A DNA stretch of 64,000 nt. Source: Octopus sinensis. Lineage: Eukaryota. A program made the position numbers and the translations under genes. The stretch covers positions 9,300,001 to 9,364,000 of the forward strand of contig NC_042997.1 of NCBI RefSeq assembly GCF_006345805.1. Direction: 5' to 3'. Below the pieces are notes generated by a model. That model searched no databases, was not told the origin of the DNA, and saw only the letters and a list, made by a program, of their open reading frames with translations. Shown here piece after piece: positions 1 to 12,799 of the stretch; position 1 is the stretch's first letter; every line of letters starts with the position of its first letter.

Positions 1-42
1 TTCTGGCTCTGTATAAGAAATGCTCTGCCTTCATCAGTGGAA
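1..42 (-). ncRNA. Partial hammerhead ribozyme-like motif cut by the window edge
   Basis: Minus strand reads CTGATGA-A-GGC..GCC-A-GAA and then leaves the window; stem III is not visible. Confidence 0.3.
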
Positions 43-84
43 TATACTCAGATAGCACATAAATACAGATATATATATATGCTT

Positions 85-345
85 AACCTCGCTAAGATAA
101 ATATTTCAATCACCTGAAGATTGACTGTAACAATAACTCGAATTATTAAGAATTGGACAGCCATGAAACGATCGTAGTGTTTTGCTCATTATCTTTTATT
201 AAATTTTTTATAATTTTGATATATATTTAAAATAATATAAATTAATTAATTTTAAGTATTGGCTTAAGTTTTTCATTGTTTGATTTGCCTAATAGTGGTT
301 TTATCTCTAATTTAATATAATATATATAGATATATATATATACAC
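85..345 (+). mobile_element. AT-rich Penelope-like element (PLE) terminal repeat remnant
   Basis: Same family as 22300-22750 (reverse orientation), 53640-53720 and 54312-54352; carries a minimal hammerhead motif. Confidence 0.55.
111..179 (+). ncRNA. Minimal type I hammerhead ribozyme (PLE-type)
   Basis: CAC-CTGAAGA(114-120)-T-TGACTGT..ACAGCCA-T-GAAA(165-168); palindromic stem III ACGATCGT; GUA site at 176; GTG closes stem I. Confidence 0.6.
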
Positions 346-554
346 AACATACAAATACTTACGTATACGAAGATATACATATATATGCACGTACGCATAG
401 AGTCAAGTTTTGGTTGCTATTTTTAGCATGGTGGTATCTCTTAAATACCCTAAATTATAATTTTAATTATTACCTTTGAAGGTTTTTATTCCCATGCTGG
501 CCACTTGATAAGATCACTATTTAAATAACAATCTTATCCTTATTTATATAAATT

Positions 555-555
<1 letters not shown>

Positions 556-619
<64 letters not shown>

Positions 620-684
620 ATATATATATATATATATGGATATATATATATTATATAATATATATAATATATATATATATATAT

Positions 685-730
<46 letters not shown>

Positions 731-742
731 TATATATATATA

Positions 743-786
<44 letters not shown>

Positions 787-808
787 ATATGTATATATAT
801 ATAGATAT

Positions 809-854
<46 letters not shown>

Positions 855-856
855 CC
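556..856. repeat. (AT)n microsatellite
   Basis: Near-pure TA dinucleotide tract; source of the YI-repeat ORFs. Confidence 0.95.
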
Positions 857-902
857 CATATCTTTTTAAGTATATGGATGTATATTTGAATTTGGATATC
901 AA

Positions 903-1416
903 ATATGAGGGTGGGCTGAAATGTTCATAGGCCAAGGAGTAATGCTAGAACTGTGAAATCTTGCATGCATTAATTTCAACTGTTCTTATTAACAACTGCA
1001 TTGTTTATTTCCAGGTAAAGTGATGTCTGACTGTTCAAAGAATTCTTCAAAAGTAACTAATAGTTATTTTTCTTGAAAATTAATAAAATTTGGCATCATG
1101 GTACTATCAAACAAGTACTTGCAGAAAAAGGGTTTAGTCCCCAAGGACATTCATGCTGACATGGTTGCTACATTAGGGAATGATGCTACAACCTTATCAA
1201 CAGTGCAAAAGTAGGCAGCTGGATGTAGGAGGGGAACAGAGAGTCTGGACATCCTGTAACTGCCACCACCGAGGCAAACATTGTGTTCACCACATGGTGA
1301 TGAATGACAGACAACTGACTATAAATCAAATAGCTGATACTATTAGCATATCCTGTGAGAGAATTGAGAATATTCTGCACAATGAACTTGGCATGATGAA
1401 GGTTTTTGTTTGGTGA
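903..1416 (+). mobile_element. Mariner (DD34D-type) transposon 5' fragment, decayed
   Basis: TIR-like ATGAGGGTGGGCTGAAATGTTCATAGG, then HTH-region remnant KGLVPKDIHADMVATLG..TINQIADTISISCERIENILHNELGM; a related 5' end lies at ~50665-50780. Confidence 0.8.
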
Positions 1417-1440
1417 GTGCCAAATTGTTAGGGATTGATG

Positions 1441-1810
1441 GGATGGAAGCACTCCGTCGGTTACGACGACGAGGGTTCCGGTTGATCCGAATCAATGGAA
1501 CAGCCTGCTCGTGAAATTAACGTGTAAGTGGCTGAGCACTCCACAGACACGTGTACCCTTAACGTAGTTCTCGGGGATATTCAGCGTGACACAGAGAGTG
1601 ACAAGGCCGGCCCTTTGAAATACAGGTACAACAGAAACAGGAAGTAAGAGTGAGAGAAAGTTGTGGTGAAAGAGTACAGCAGGGATCACCACCATCCCCT
1701 GCCAGGTGTTTTCACTCAATAAACACTCACAACGCCCGGTCTGGGAATCGAAACCGCGATCCTATGACCGCGAGTCCACTGCCCTAACCACTGGGCCATT
1801 GTGCCTCAAC
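1441..1810 (-). mobile_element. tRNA-derived SINE (family A)
   Basis: Reverse-complement copy of 8448-8838 with pol III A/B boxes and 3' stem-loops. Confidence 0.9.
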
Positions 1811-2004
1811 CTAGGGATTGATACTGTAGAGATGAGACATAAAAGACATGAATATGACAATGTATGCATGTGTGAGTTGTTTGTGCGTGCTTTTGTGTGT
1901 GAACATAAAAATACACAAATGCACACACGTATACCTACTTGTTACCAATTACACAGACACACACACTTTCCCGCTTCTCTCTCTCAGTTTCACTCTCTCT
2001 CAGT

Positions 2005-2048
<44 letters not shown>

Positions 2049-2473
2049 TAATTGGGAAGGGAAAACAGACACCACACCCATGACTTCTTTTACCAAAATC
2101 TACAAAGTGGGCGGTAATAAAAGTGGAATATATTCTCAAACTAGGCATCAGGTTCGATTGTTTGTCAAGCACAGATTTTTAATAAAAGCTGGTGAAACTG
2201 TGTCAAAGCAGACATTAGAGCACAATGCAGTCCTTGGACCCATCAGATCCAATCAAACAGTCCAAGTAATGCCAGCATGAAACACTGGGCATTAAATAAA
2301 GATGAAGAGGAGTGAGACGATGATGAGGATGAGCTTCTTTCAGGTTCCATCTTCCAAGTCTACTCACACGATTTTGGTCAGCCTAGGGCTACATTACAAG
2401 ACAGTGGCCTATATATGTGTATGTGTGTATTGTATACTGCACGTGCATAAATGTATACAAAAATTTATGTTAT

Positions 2474-2686
2474 TGCCAGTACCGCCTGACTGGCCTTGTG
2501 CCGGTGGCACGTAAAAAAGCACCCACTACACTCTCAGAGTGGTTGGCGTTAGGCTGGGCATCCAGCTGTAGAAACTCTGCCAGATCAAGATTGGAGCCTG
2601 GTGCAGCCGTCTGGTTCATCAGCCCTCAGTCAAAATCGTCCAACACATGCTAGCAGGGAAAGCGGACATTAAACGATGATGATGAT
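2474..2686 (+). mobile_element. RTE LINE 3' end with (GAT)n tail
   Basis: ..GGAAAGCGGACATTAAACGATGATGATG; the same tail follows RT-coding sequence at 52020-53030 and 58940-59602. Confidence 0.8.
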
Positions 2687-3504
2687 ATATATATATATTT
2701 ATATTTATATATATGTATGTATGTGTCTGTGTGTATGTATGTATTTATGTATTTATGTGTGTGTGTGTTTTTGTATGTACATGCATGTGTTGTGTACACA
2801 TATTAGGAAAATGACACATTAAAAATGTAGTCTTTAGATATTTTGCTTAGGAAATACAAAATGGGATGGACATGACTAGAATGCTTTTGATCATATTTCT
2901 GCTTGAACGGCATTACCTTAGGCTTAAGCACCACCAACAATATCAACATCAGTAGATATTTTCAAATACGTAAAAACAAAACAAAAACAAAAATGAGATT
3001 TCTCTTCTAACCAAATTCCTAGAATGATGTAGGCGACAATAAAACTCCAATGCAACTATTGCCGCTCCAGAAACTCAACAACAACAACAACAACAACCAC
3101 TACATCAGTAATAACAATAATAACAATCCAGTTACCTGCAGAATCTCATTGAAAAAATTGGGGTGTGTTTAATGAACAATGCTTATTCCTATGCATACCC
3201 AGGAATGAAAATGTTTAAATAATGGAAAATAACAAAAAAGAAAACAAAAACAAAAACAAAAAAATAGATAAACACTTTCAAAACGAACCATCAATAAACA
3301 GAGAATAGAAAGAAACCCTAAGGCATAAAAGGCTCTTCAATTCTCTTCAATGGTATTATTGTACACTCAAACCTAACACTTAAACGGTATGTCCGCAAGC
3401 AAGCAAAATACAAAGCTGTAACATAAAAAGCAACACCTTTTTTGACAAATACCACAGCAACACCTGAAGAAATAATTGATTATACACAAGCCCAAAGTGC
3501 AGTG

Positions 3505-3827
3505 TATTATTATTATTATTATTATTATCATCATTATTATTATTGTTGTTGTCACCATCATCACTATTATTACTATTATTATTATTATCATTATTATTAT
3601 TATTATTATCATTATTATTATTGTTGTTGTCACCATCATCACTATTATTATTATTATTATTATTGTTATTATTAGTAGTATTACTATTATTATTACTATT
3701 ATTATTATTATCATTATTATTATTATTATTATTATTAGTAGTATTACTATTATTATTATTGTTATTATTATTATTATTATTAGTATATTATTATTATTAT
3801 TATTAGTAGTAGTAGTAGTAGTATTAC

Positions 3828-3875
<48 letters not shown>

Positions 3876-3916
3876 CATTATTATTATTATATTATCATTA
3901 TTATTATTGTATATAC

Positions 3917-3948
<32 letters not shown>

Positions 3949-3967
3949 GTATTACTATTATTATTAC

Positions 3968-4011
<44 letters not shown>

Positions 4012-4034
4012 GTATTACTATTATTATTATTGTT

Positions 4035-4077
<43 letters not shown>

Positions 4078-4096
4078 GTAGTAGTAGTAGTATTAC

Positions 4097-4142
<46 letters not shown>
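3505..4142. repeat. Long (ATT)n/(AGT)n trinucleotide tract
   Basis: ~640 bp compound TAT repeat; source of the poly-I/L/Y ORFs. Confidence 0.95.
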
Positions 4143-4228
4143 GTATATACATATTAAGGATCAAGTACTTATTCACATTATTATCTCATGCAATAATGTA
4201 AATGTGTATTTTCTAGCATTACTGTGTA

Positions 4229-4261
<33 letters not shown>

Positions 4262-4306
4262 CACTATCTCTTTTGCTTTCTCTTTTCTATGTGTGTGTGC
4301 ATCACT

Positions 4307-4347
<41 letters not shown>

Positions 4348-4534
4348 TATGCACACGCACACACTCAAACACACATAAATACAAACTCACACATAATCCC
4401 CCGTATACACACACAAAAATATATGTTTACACAAATCATTTTTACAGCTAGATGGGTTTTTCTATAGCACACAGTCTCGCCATTTCTTGCAATTCTTTGT
4501 CATTTCCTTCGCATGTGTGAGAATGTGTATGCAG

Positions 4535-4589
<55 letters not shown>

Positions 4590-4991
4590 TGTACACACAT
4601 ATACAAGCGTATGTATGTGCTCAAGAGTATGTGTATACACACGCATATATATTTGAGCGTGCGAATGTATGTATACTTATGATATTATGTATACAGACAC
4701 ACGTGTGTACACTCTTTATGTATTTACTTCCTACACTTTCTTGCCTGTCAATGTCCTATGCTGTATTCTAACTTGTCTTTATAGTTTGGCTATTATGATT
4801 GTGTACATATTTAGATGGAAAATGTGAAGATTTTGATACAATTTCCTCTATAATTGGTTTCTCTGATGTAATTTCTACCATTTTGGATGATAAATATTAT
4901 ATTTCCCTTGTATTTCTATTTACTTTCCATTCATTTCCTATTTTTTTGTGGGTTTACTTTTGTATATTTTGTTTCGTTTTTGTTTTTCTAG

Positions 4992-5034
4992 GTTTCTTTT
5001 ATCATATGATGGAATATATTTTCTCATTACAGAA
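4992..5034 (+). CDS. Candidate small exon of an unidentified gene
   Basis: Strong acceptor (TTTTTGTTTTTCTAG) and donor (GAA|GTGAGA); open in two frames; no recognised homology. Confidence 0.2.
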
Positions 5035-5759
5035 GTGAGAGAGAGAGAGAGACTGAGTTACGCAACATTGCTATAACAAAAGACTTAATACAATATCAAC
5101 AGAAAATGTAGGTAGTGACTGTGGTGGAGGGATCTTCATCAAAGCATGGACAACTATATATAATCCATCACAATTTTTTTTATGGAATAATCATAGGATG
5201 AAGGTCAGCTCTTGTGACATTTTTGCAGAACCTCCAAGACTGTAGGCGGCTACTACAAGAAGTATCTAATTCAAGACATCAAGTTACCTTCAGACCAGAG
5301 AACTAGTCCAAATTCTTGCAACAGAGTAATCTCATGATATGTGAATGTATTAAAAGAAGTTATCTGCCAGGTGTACAAAGAACATTTTCACTCAAATTCC
5401 TTGAGCTTCCATATAGATTCTGACTACCTACTAGCAGGCACAACACTTCAATGAATTTGGGATTATGGTAGTAGATGATAACCCAAGGTGCCACACATTT
5501 TGATTGGAGCTAAAATCATTTAATTTTAAAAGGAATTTCTACAGAACTATCGGTCTCTCTCACTCTTTTTCCATTTTCTTTTTACTGTCTTTTATTGTTA
5601 ACTTATTTCTCTGTCTCCCGTTGTTTCTCTTCATTCATATAATTCATACATACAAACATACATACATATACACACATATATATATATATATATATATGGA
5701 TACATACACACACAGACATATATATGTATGTAAACACACACATGCATATTTATATATAT

Positions 5760-5807
<48 letters not shown>

Positions 5808-6734
5808 GGTGGGTTGTGTGCATATGCATGTATGTGAATGTGTGTGTGTGCACACATACTGTCATCATCGTCATTTAATGATGATAATGACACACACACA
5901 AAAAACATATACACTCATATATATGATGATGATGATATATATATATATAAAGATATATGATGTTGATGATATAGGGGTGTATGTGTGTCGGTGTGCAGGT
6001 GCAGGTGCATATAAATGTATGTGTATATGCATGTATATATATGTGAGTGTGTATATATATATATATATATGTGTATATATATATATATATATGTGTATAT
6101 ATATATATGTGTATATATATATATATACACACACACACATACAGGAATCCCTTGCATTATGGAAGTAATGCATTTTTGAAAAACTCAGTGCAACATGAAA
6201 TCCCATAATGTGAAATTAATTTTCCCATTGATTTCCATGTTATAAAGTAATAATGTGTTCTGACGGATGTTTTTCAGAAAACAACAACAACAACAAAAAG
6301 CAACACAACTACATCACACACAATATAAATATGTAAGCAGAAAAACATTTGATGAGAAATAACTTGAGAGAATAAATAAGAATCATATCATAATTGAGTA
6401 CATTCTTACAACAAAAAAATATTGACTACTGTGTGTGGGATGGTGGGATGGTGGTAGTGGTGGGATGAGAGGTACTCTTTTCTATATCATCATCAACATA
6501 TATTTGAGAGGCAAAGAACTTAACCAAATTCTTTGATGTTTATAGTGCATCATCTCTTTGTACATCTCAGTGGAGGAACTGAGCTCCCTGTATATTTCTT
6601 TTGTAATTTTTATACTATTATTCACAGTTTGAGTTGTTATCAGAAAAACCTCGCAGACCTTTCTCTATAAGATCTTCATGGTAAACAGTTTAAGCAGGGT
6701 TGGTGAAATTTCCATATTCTTATTTGGTGTTAAG

Positions 6735-7093
6735 AGCACCATCTGAGTGTGATCGTTGCCAGAGCGGCTATCTAACCTCTGTGCCGGTGGCATGTAAAAG
6801 ACTCCATTCGAGCGTGATCATTGCCAGCATCGCCTTACTGGCACCTGTGCCAGTGGCATGTGTAAAAGATTTCAGCAAGGTTGTTGCCAGTACCGCCTAA
6901 CTGGCCCCGTGCCGGTGGCATGTAAAAGCACCCACTACACTCTCAGAGTGATTGGCATTAGGAAGGGCATCCAGCTGTAGAAACTCTGCCAGATCAAGAT
7001 TGAAGCCTGGTGCAGCCGTCTGGTTCGCCAGCCCTGAGTCAAATCGTCCAACCCATGCTAGCATGGAAAGCAGACATTAAACGATGATGATGA
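6735..7093 (+). mobile_element. RTE LINE 3' UTR fragment with (GAT)n tail
   Basis: Modular GCCAGT..ACTGGC units plus the conserved tail. Confidence 0.8.
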
Positions 7094-7818
7094 TTCTCAG
7101 CTTCTGTTCTAACAGCTCTTACTTAAATAAATTTTCTCTATGGACACAAGCAATTGAACTACATCATCCCCTATGTCAGACACTATATCATTTACAAGTG
7201 TCATTTACAATATATTTCCATATTTAATATAGACTTTCTGCTTGTTGAAAACTTGTCAAGTCACTGACATAGTCTGGCCAAATATTTTCCCAATCACCAT
7301 TCAAAGCTGAGAATTTCATTTCGCTCCATGACATAACTACATTATCCATCATATCCACTGAACTGAACTTTTACCAAAAGTCTCTCCCTTTCAATGGTGT
7401 TTATAAATTTTTTGAAAGTTTGATGATTACAAGCAAAGAAATGTACATAGAACACTCCTTAGAACTTGAACCTCACATCTGTTATGATCCAGACAGCCAT
7501 GCTAACCATGTTGACGCTGACTTGACTTCTGCTTTTTGTGCAAATTGCATTTCTGAGTAATTTATAACATCTTGAACGTTTGTCTCCTTTTTCTATTTTT
7601 CCTATATTTATGTTGTTGTGACCCACTTCGGTCATGAATGACTATGGGATTGCACCCAGAAAGTTACCCTCCGAGGCACAAGTCCAGGCAAGGTTGTTTA
7701 TGGAAGACCAGCAGTCGCCCATGCATACTGGCCTCCCCTCTCCATGCCACCAATATTATCCAAGGGAAAGGCAAAGGCCGATACAGCTTGGTACCAGTGA
7801 CATTGCAGCTCATTTATT

Positions 7819-8130
7819 AATGTGCAAGTGGCTGAGCACTCCACAGACACGTGTACCCCTAACGTAGTTCTCGGGGGAGATTCAGCATGACACAGAGTGT
7901 GACAAAGCTGGCCCTTTGAAATACAGGTACAGCAGAAAGAGGAAGAAAGAGTGAGAGAAAGTTGTGGTGAAAGAGTACAGCAGGGTTCACCACCACCCCC
8001 TGCCAGAGTCTCGTTGAGCTTTAGGTGTTTTTGCTCAATAAAAACTCACAATGCCCAGTCTGGGAATCGAAACCGTGATCCTGTGACTGCAAGTCTGCTG
8101 CCCTAACCACTGGGTCATTGCGCCTCCACT
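7819..8130 (-). mobile_element. tRNA-derived SINE (family A), 3'-truncated
   Basis: Reverse complement of the 5' ~310 bp of 8448-8838. Confidence 0.85.
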
Positions 8131-8447
8131 CCTATATATATATGTATGTATGTATATACATGTTCCCTCCCATGCCAGCATGGCAGGCAGATGTTAAACG
8201 ATGATGATGAAGATGATGATATTCTATTTTCCTTCCTTAACCAATATGCAATTAGCTGATTCATTTATGTCTTTTCCTCAAAAAGAAAAAAAAAAGCACA
8301 AACATGTTCTCGTTGTTTACAAAGATTTTATGACTCATTCATTCTACCAATACTAACACAGGTAATCCATTTTGCTAAGTCTGTCATAAGTATCACAAAT
8401 ACCAAAACAGATACCATTTCAGTGTTTAAGGACTTATACAATATCAG

Positions 8448-8838
8448 TGGAGGTGCAATGGCCCAGTGGTTAGGGCAGCGGACTCGCGGTCATAGGATCA
8501 CGGTTTCGATTCCCAGACCAGGCGTTGTGAGTGTTTATTGAGTGAAAACACCTAAAGTTCCACGAGGCTCCGGCAGGGGATGGTGGTGATCCCTGCTGTA
8601 CTCTTTCACTACAACTTTCTCTCACTCTTACTTCCTGTTTCTGTTGTACCTGTATTTCAAAGGGCCGGCCTTGTCACTCTCTGTGTCACGCTGAATATCC
8701 CCGAGAACTACGTTAAGGGTTCACGTGTCTGTGGAGTGCTCAGTCACTTACACATTAATTTCACGAGCAGGCTGTTCCGTTGATTCTGATCAACCGGAAC
8801 CCTCGTCGTCGTAACCGACGGAGTGCTTCCATCCATTC
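8448..8838 (+). mobile_element. tRNA-derived SINE (family A), full length
   Basis: A box TGGCCCAGTGG, B box GGTTTCGATTCC, 3' hairpins TTCCGTTGAT..ATCAACCGGAA and CGTCG..CGACG. Confidence 0.9.
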
Positions 8839-8894
8839 CACAATATCAGCTAAGTTGTTTATTTTTGTGGTGTTTCTTTCTTTCTTTTGTCTTT

Positions 8895-9180
8895 TAGTCA
8901 AATGAATTGACCCGAGTACTTACATTTGTTTAAGCCAGTCCTTATTCTACCAGTCTCCTTCTGCCAAACTGCTAAGTTACAGGGACTTGTGTAAACACAC
9001 CAGAACTGGTTGTTAAGTGGTAGTGGGAGCAAACATACACAAAAAACATACACACACATACACACACGCACATGCATATACAAGAGGCTTCTTTCAGTTT
9101 CCATTTACCAAATATGCTCACAAGGTTTTGATTGGCCTAAGGCTATAGCAGAAGACACTGTGGGACTAAACCTGGGACTA
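8895..9180 (-). mobile_element. CORE-like SINE (family B) fragment
   Basis: Matches the body of 43357-43776. Confidence 0.7.
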
Positions 9181-9737
9181 TATATATATTTTTCTTACTT
9201 TCTATTTTTGTTTATTTTTAAAACCAATTTCATGAGGTACCAGAAGACTGCAATTCCAAATCAGGCAGATTTTCTATGGCATGAATCCCTTCCTTTTACC
9301 AATCCTCAGCAGTTTCCAAGCAAAGTAATATCTTCCCATGGCCAGACAAGTTTTTCACAGATGAGTGGAAATGAGAAACATCACGAATACGATGGTGATG
9401 CTCATTTTTTGGAAGCATCAAGACAACAATGAGATACACACAGACACATCATAATCATCATCGTTTAACATCTGCCTGCCATGCTGGGATGGATGGAAAC
9501 ATGCATATACATACATACATATATATATATATATATGTGTGTGTGTATATATATATATACATATATATATATGTATATATGTATATATATATATGTATGT
9601 ATATATATATATATATAGTTAATCCAAACAAGAAAACACAAAAAAAACACAACAACGCGAAGACGTGGAACAAATATAGTATTATTGGACGCTCAGGAAA
9701 GAAGGGAAGAAGGAGGGTTATATATATATTTATATAT

Positions 9738-10030
9738 ATAGGAAAAATAGAAAAAGGAGACAAACGTTCAAGATGTTATTACATAATTTATAATCTTCAT
9801 ATCACCTACACGTTTCGATGGATGCATCCAAAATACATCCAAGAGAATGAATAATGGTCAGCTATTTGATGAGCACGGTTATTTATATCCTCCCCGGAGA
9901 GATTTATGCATAGCTGACCATTATTCATCCTGTCGGACATATTCATCCATCAAAACATGTGTAGGAGATATGAGGATATAAATTACTTAATGACATCTTG
10001 AGCGATTCACTACCTTTTCTACTTTTCCTA
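9738..10030. repeat. Imperfect inverted repeat (~130-bp arms, ~44-nt spacer)
   Basis: 9738-9866 is the reverse complement of 9910-10030 (e.g. AATGAATAATGGTCAGCTAT / ATAGCTGACCATTATTCAT). Confidence 0.8.
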
Positions 10031-10549
10031 TTTTTCTCCTAAATACTTCTTGGTTGCCCCCGGATTCAAATCCACATAAGTGTGTCCATTGTTTCCTAGG
10101 ACACTTAAGCAACATTTAGCTACCTTGGAATTATTCCCTCGGATCCTTCCTATCTATTGTACACTTATACATATACACATACATACATACATACATACAT
10201 ACATACATACATACATACATAGTTCATATTTGTAATTGGTTTGCAATACTGAACAATAAAAGACCAAATCAGAGCATGTGTTTATTATTACTAGCATAAT
10301 GTCCCTCCTAAGGTTCAATAGTATGTAAACATATAGTATATATACATACAGTATGTGTGTGTGTGTATATATATATATACACACACACATGCAATGGTAC
10401 ATATACATACATATTATACATACATACATACATACATACATACATACATACAGGATACGATGAGAAAATTGTCGCCATTTTATATTTTCTATTTCATGCA
10501 TGTGCTTTGTTTGTCTTTGATTTTGTTGACTACACAGTATAGTAGGGTC

Positions 10550-11328
10550 AGTTGGGTACCGTCTGTGAGAAAAACAGTGCCATGATACAATTCATTGTCA
10601 GAAATATGGAAACGACATGCTGTACTGCTTGACATTTGTGCTGGAAGCTCCAATACAAACATTTCAGAGTGTTTGGATGTCAATATGAGGACTGTGCACG
10701 TACCAAGAGTGATAAAAATCAAACATCCGGTCAACATCATGGTGTTTGGAGTAATCACTAGTGATGACATTGTTATACTTCCATTCATCTTTCCACATGG
10801 CCTCACACTCAACAAGGAAGCCTACATTAGGTGCCTGGAGGAGGTAGTGCTGCCCTGGGTGAAGAAGGTAGCTGCTGGAAGCCCCTATGTCTGGCAACAG
10901 GATTCTGCACCCTGCCACACAAGCAGGAGAACCCAGTCATGGCTGTCAGACAATTTCTGCGACCACTTCACCCCTAACATCTAGCCACATAACTCCCCAG
11001 ACTGCAACCAACTGATTATTATGAGTTGGGTGCAGTTGAGCAAGAGACCAACAAAACTCCTTGTAACATCAAAGATGGACTAAAGGTAAGGATAATGGCA
11101 ACATTCACCAACTTAAACAAGAAGACTGTCCAGGAGAGTCACAGAAGATTCCGAAGCCATCTGGAGGAGGCCGTGTTTGAAGCCAATGGTGATTTTATTG
11201 AATAAATTTACTCTTTAGTATTTCAAGATATTTTCATGTAATTTTAGTAAATACATCTGTTAAAATGAGATGTCAGCATTGTTTTCATTTTTGCATAATT
11301 TAGACAACAGTTTATTCACCACACCCTG
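10550..11328 (+). mobile_element. Internally deleted DD37D (maT-like) Tc1/mariner element
   Basis: HPVNIMVFGVITSD..WQQDSAPCHTS..NSPDCN motifs; inferred 37-residue D-D spacing (third D mutated here); right TIR TTATTCACCACACCCTG. Confidence 0.85.
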
Positions 11329-11369
11329 TGTGTATATATATATATATATATATATACTCTAGTAAAATC

Positions 11370-11737
11370 ACTATCCGAATCGTGGCCGATGCCAGCGCCG
11401 CCTCAACTGGCTTCCGTGTCGGTGGCACATAAAAAGCACCATCCGAATCGTAGCCGAAGCCAGTGCCGCCTCGACTGGCTTCCGTGCCAGTGGCACGTAA
11501 AATGCACCAATCCGACCGTGGCCGATGCCAGCCTCGCCTGGCACCAGTGCAGGTGGCATGTAAAAAGCACCCACTACACTCACGGAGTGGTTGGTGTTTG
11601 GAAGGTCATCCAGCTGTAGAAACATTGCCAGATAAGACCGGAGCCTGGTGCAGCCTTCTGGCTTCCCAGATCTCTGGTCGAACCGTCCAACCCATGCTAG
11701 CATGGAGAACGGACGTTAAACGATGATGATGATGATG
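11370..11737 (+). mobile_element. RTE LINE 3' UTR fragment with (GAT)n tail
   Basis: Modular repeats plus tail ..GGACGTTAAACGATGATGATG. Confidence 0.8.
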
Positions 11738-12124
11738 ATATATATATATATAAATATAACTAATAAAAGACAGAACATGGAGTATATGAGAATATATTAT
11801 TAATCACAACAGTTGTATTGACACATCCAACATCGACTCCTCTTGTGGGACACACAAAAAATGGTACAAGAGCAAATATATATATATATATATCCGTACT
11901 TTCCATTTGTGATGACAAGGCATGAACTCCTATTGGAATTTACATACCATGGACAAGAAGCATTTCTACACATCACTTTCCTTGGATAAAGGAACTGCAA
12001 CTATAGCATCTTTATATATTTTTATTTTATTTCTACATTCATTCTCCTATTTCCCTATATACTCCTTTTCCAAAATAACTCCTTGTATTGAACTCTAATA
12101 TTTCCCCTCTACTTAACCATCTCA

Positions 12125-12181
12125 CATTGTCTCTGATGAAGGGATATCCCTAATATCCCAGAAACAGCTGTAAGACTAATG
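12125..12181 (+). ncRNA. Minimal type I hammerhead ribozyme, copy 1
   Basis: GTCT-CTGATGA(12133-39)-A-GGGATA-loop-TATCCC-A-GAAAC; palindrome ACAGCTGT; GUA at 12172; AGAC closes stem I. Confidence 0.7.
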
Positions 12182-12421
12182 AATGTATGTATGTATGTAT
12201 GTATGTATGTATGTATGTATGTATGTATGTCTGTATGTATGTATGTATGATGTATGTATGTATGTATGTGTGTGTGTATGTATGTATGTGTATAGATAGA
12301 TTGGTAGAAAGATAGATAGAGAGAGTGTGTGAGAGCGAGAGAGATACAATGGGCTTCTTTCTTTCCAAAATAACTCCTTGTTTTGAACTCTAATATTTCC
12401 CCTCTACTTAACCATCTCACA

Positions 12422-12473
12422 TGGTCTCTGATGAAGGGATATCCCTAATATCCCAGAAACAGCTGTAAGACTA
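12422..12473 (+). ncRNA. Minimal type I hammerhead ribozyme, copy 2
   Basis: Identical core: CTGATGA at 12428-34, GUA at 12467. Confidence 0.7.
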
Positions 12474-12799
12474 TGTATGTATGTATGTATGTATGTATGT
12501 ATGTGTGTGTGTGTATATATGTATGTGTATAGATAGACAGATAGATAGATAGATAGATAGAGAGAAAGTGAGAGAGAGAGAGAGAAAGAAAGATATAGAG
12601 AGAGACACCAAGGGCTTCTTTCAGTTCGGATCCACTCACAAAGCTTTGTTTGAGTTGGGGCCTAAATAGGAGACTTTTTCCCAAGCTGCCACACAGTAGG
12701 ACTGAACCGAAAACTATATGCCTGAGAAGGAAACTCTTTAATTAAACTGTTATGCTTATCCCTATCTACATCTATCTACATGTGTGTGTGTGCTAGTAT

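Larger units (their letters stand above)
12065..12620 (+). repeat. Tandem duplication of a ~295-bp hammerhead-containing unit
   Basis: 12065-12178 is nearly identical to 12361-12473; each copy is followed by (TATG)n/(GATA)n/(GA)n and GGGCTTCTTT. Confidence 0.9.

Noticed and set aside
3373-3504. Cys-rich minus-strand peptide CTLGLCIINYFFRCCCGICQKRCC
   Set aside because: Fused to a microsatellite ORF, no splice support, no recognisable family
8448-8520. tRNA gene (and similar heads in other SINEs)
   Set aside because: A/B boxes are present but there is no complete cloverleaf; it continues into a SINE body found in multiple copies
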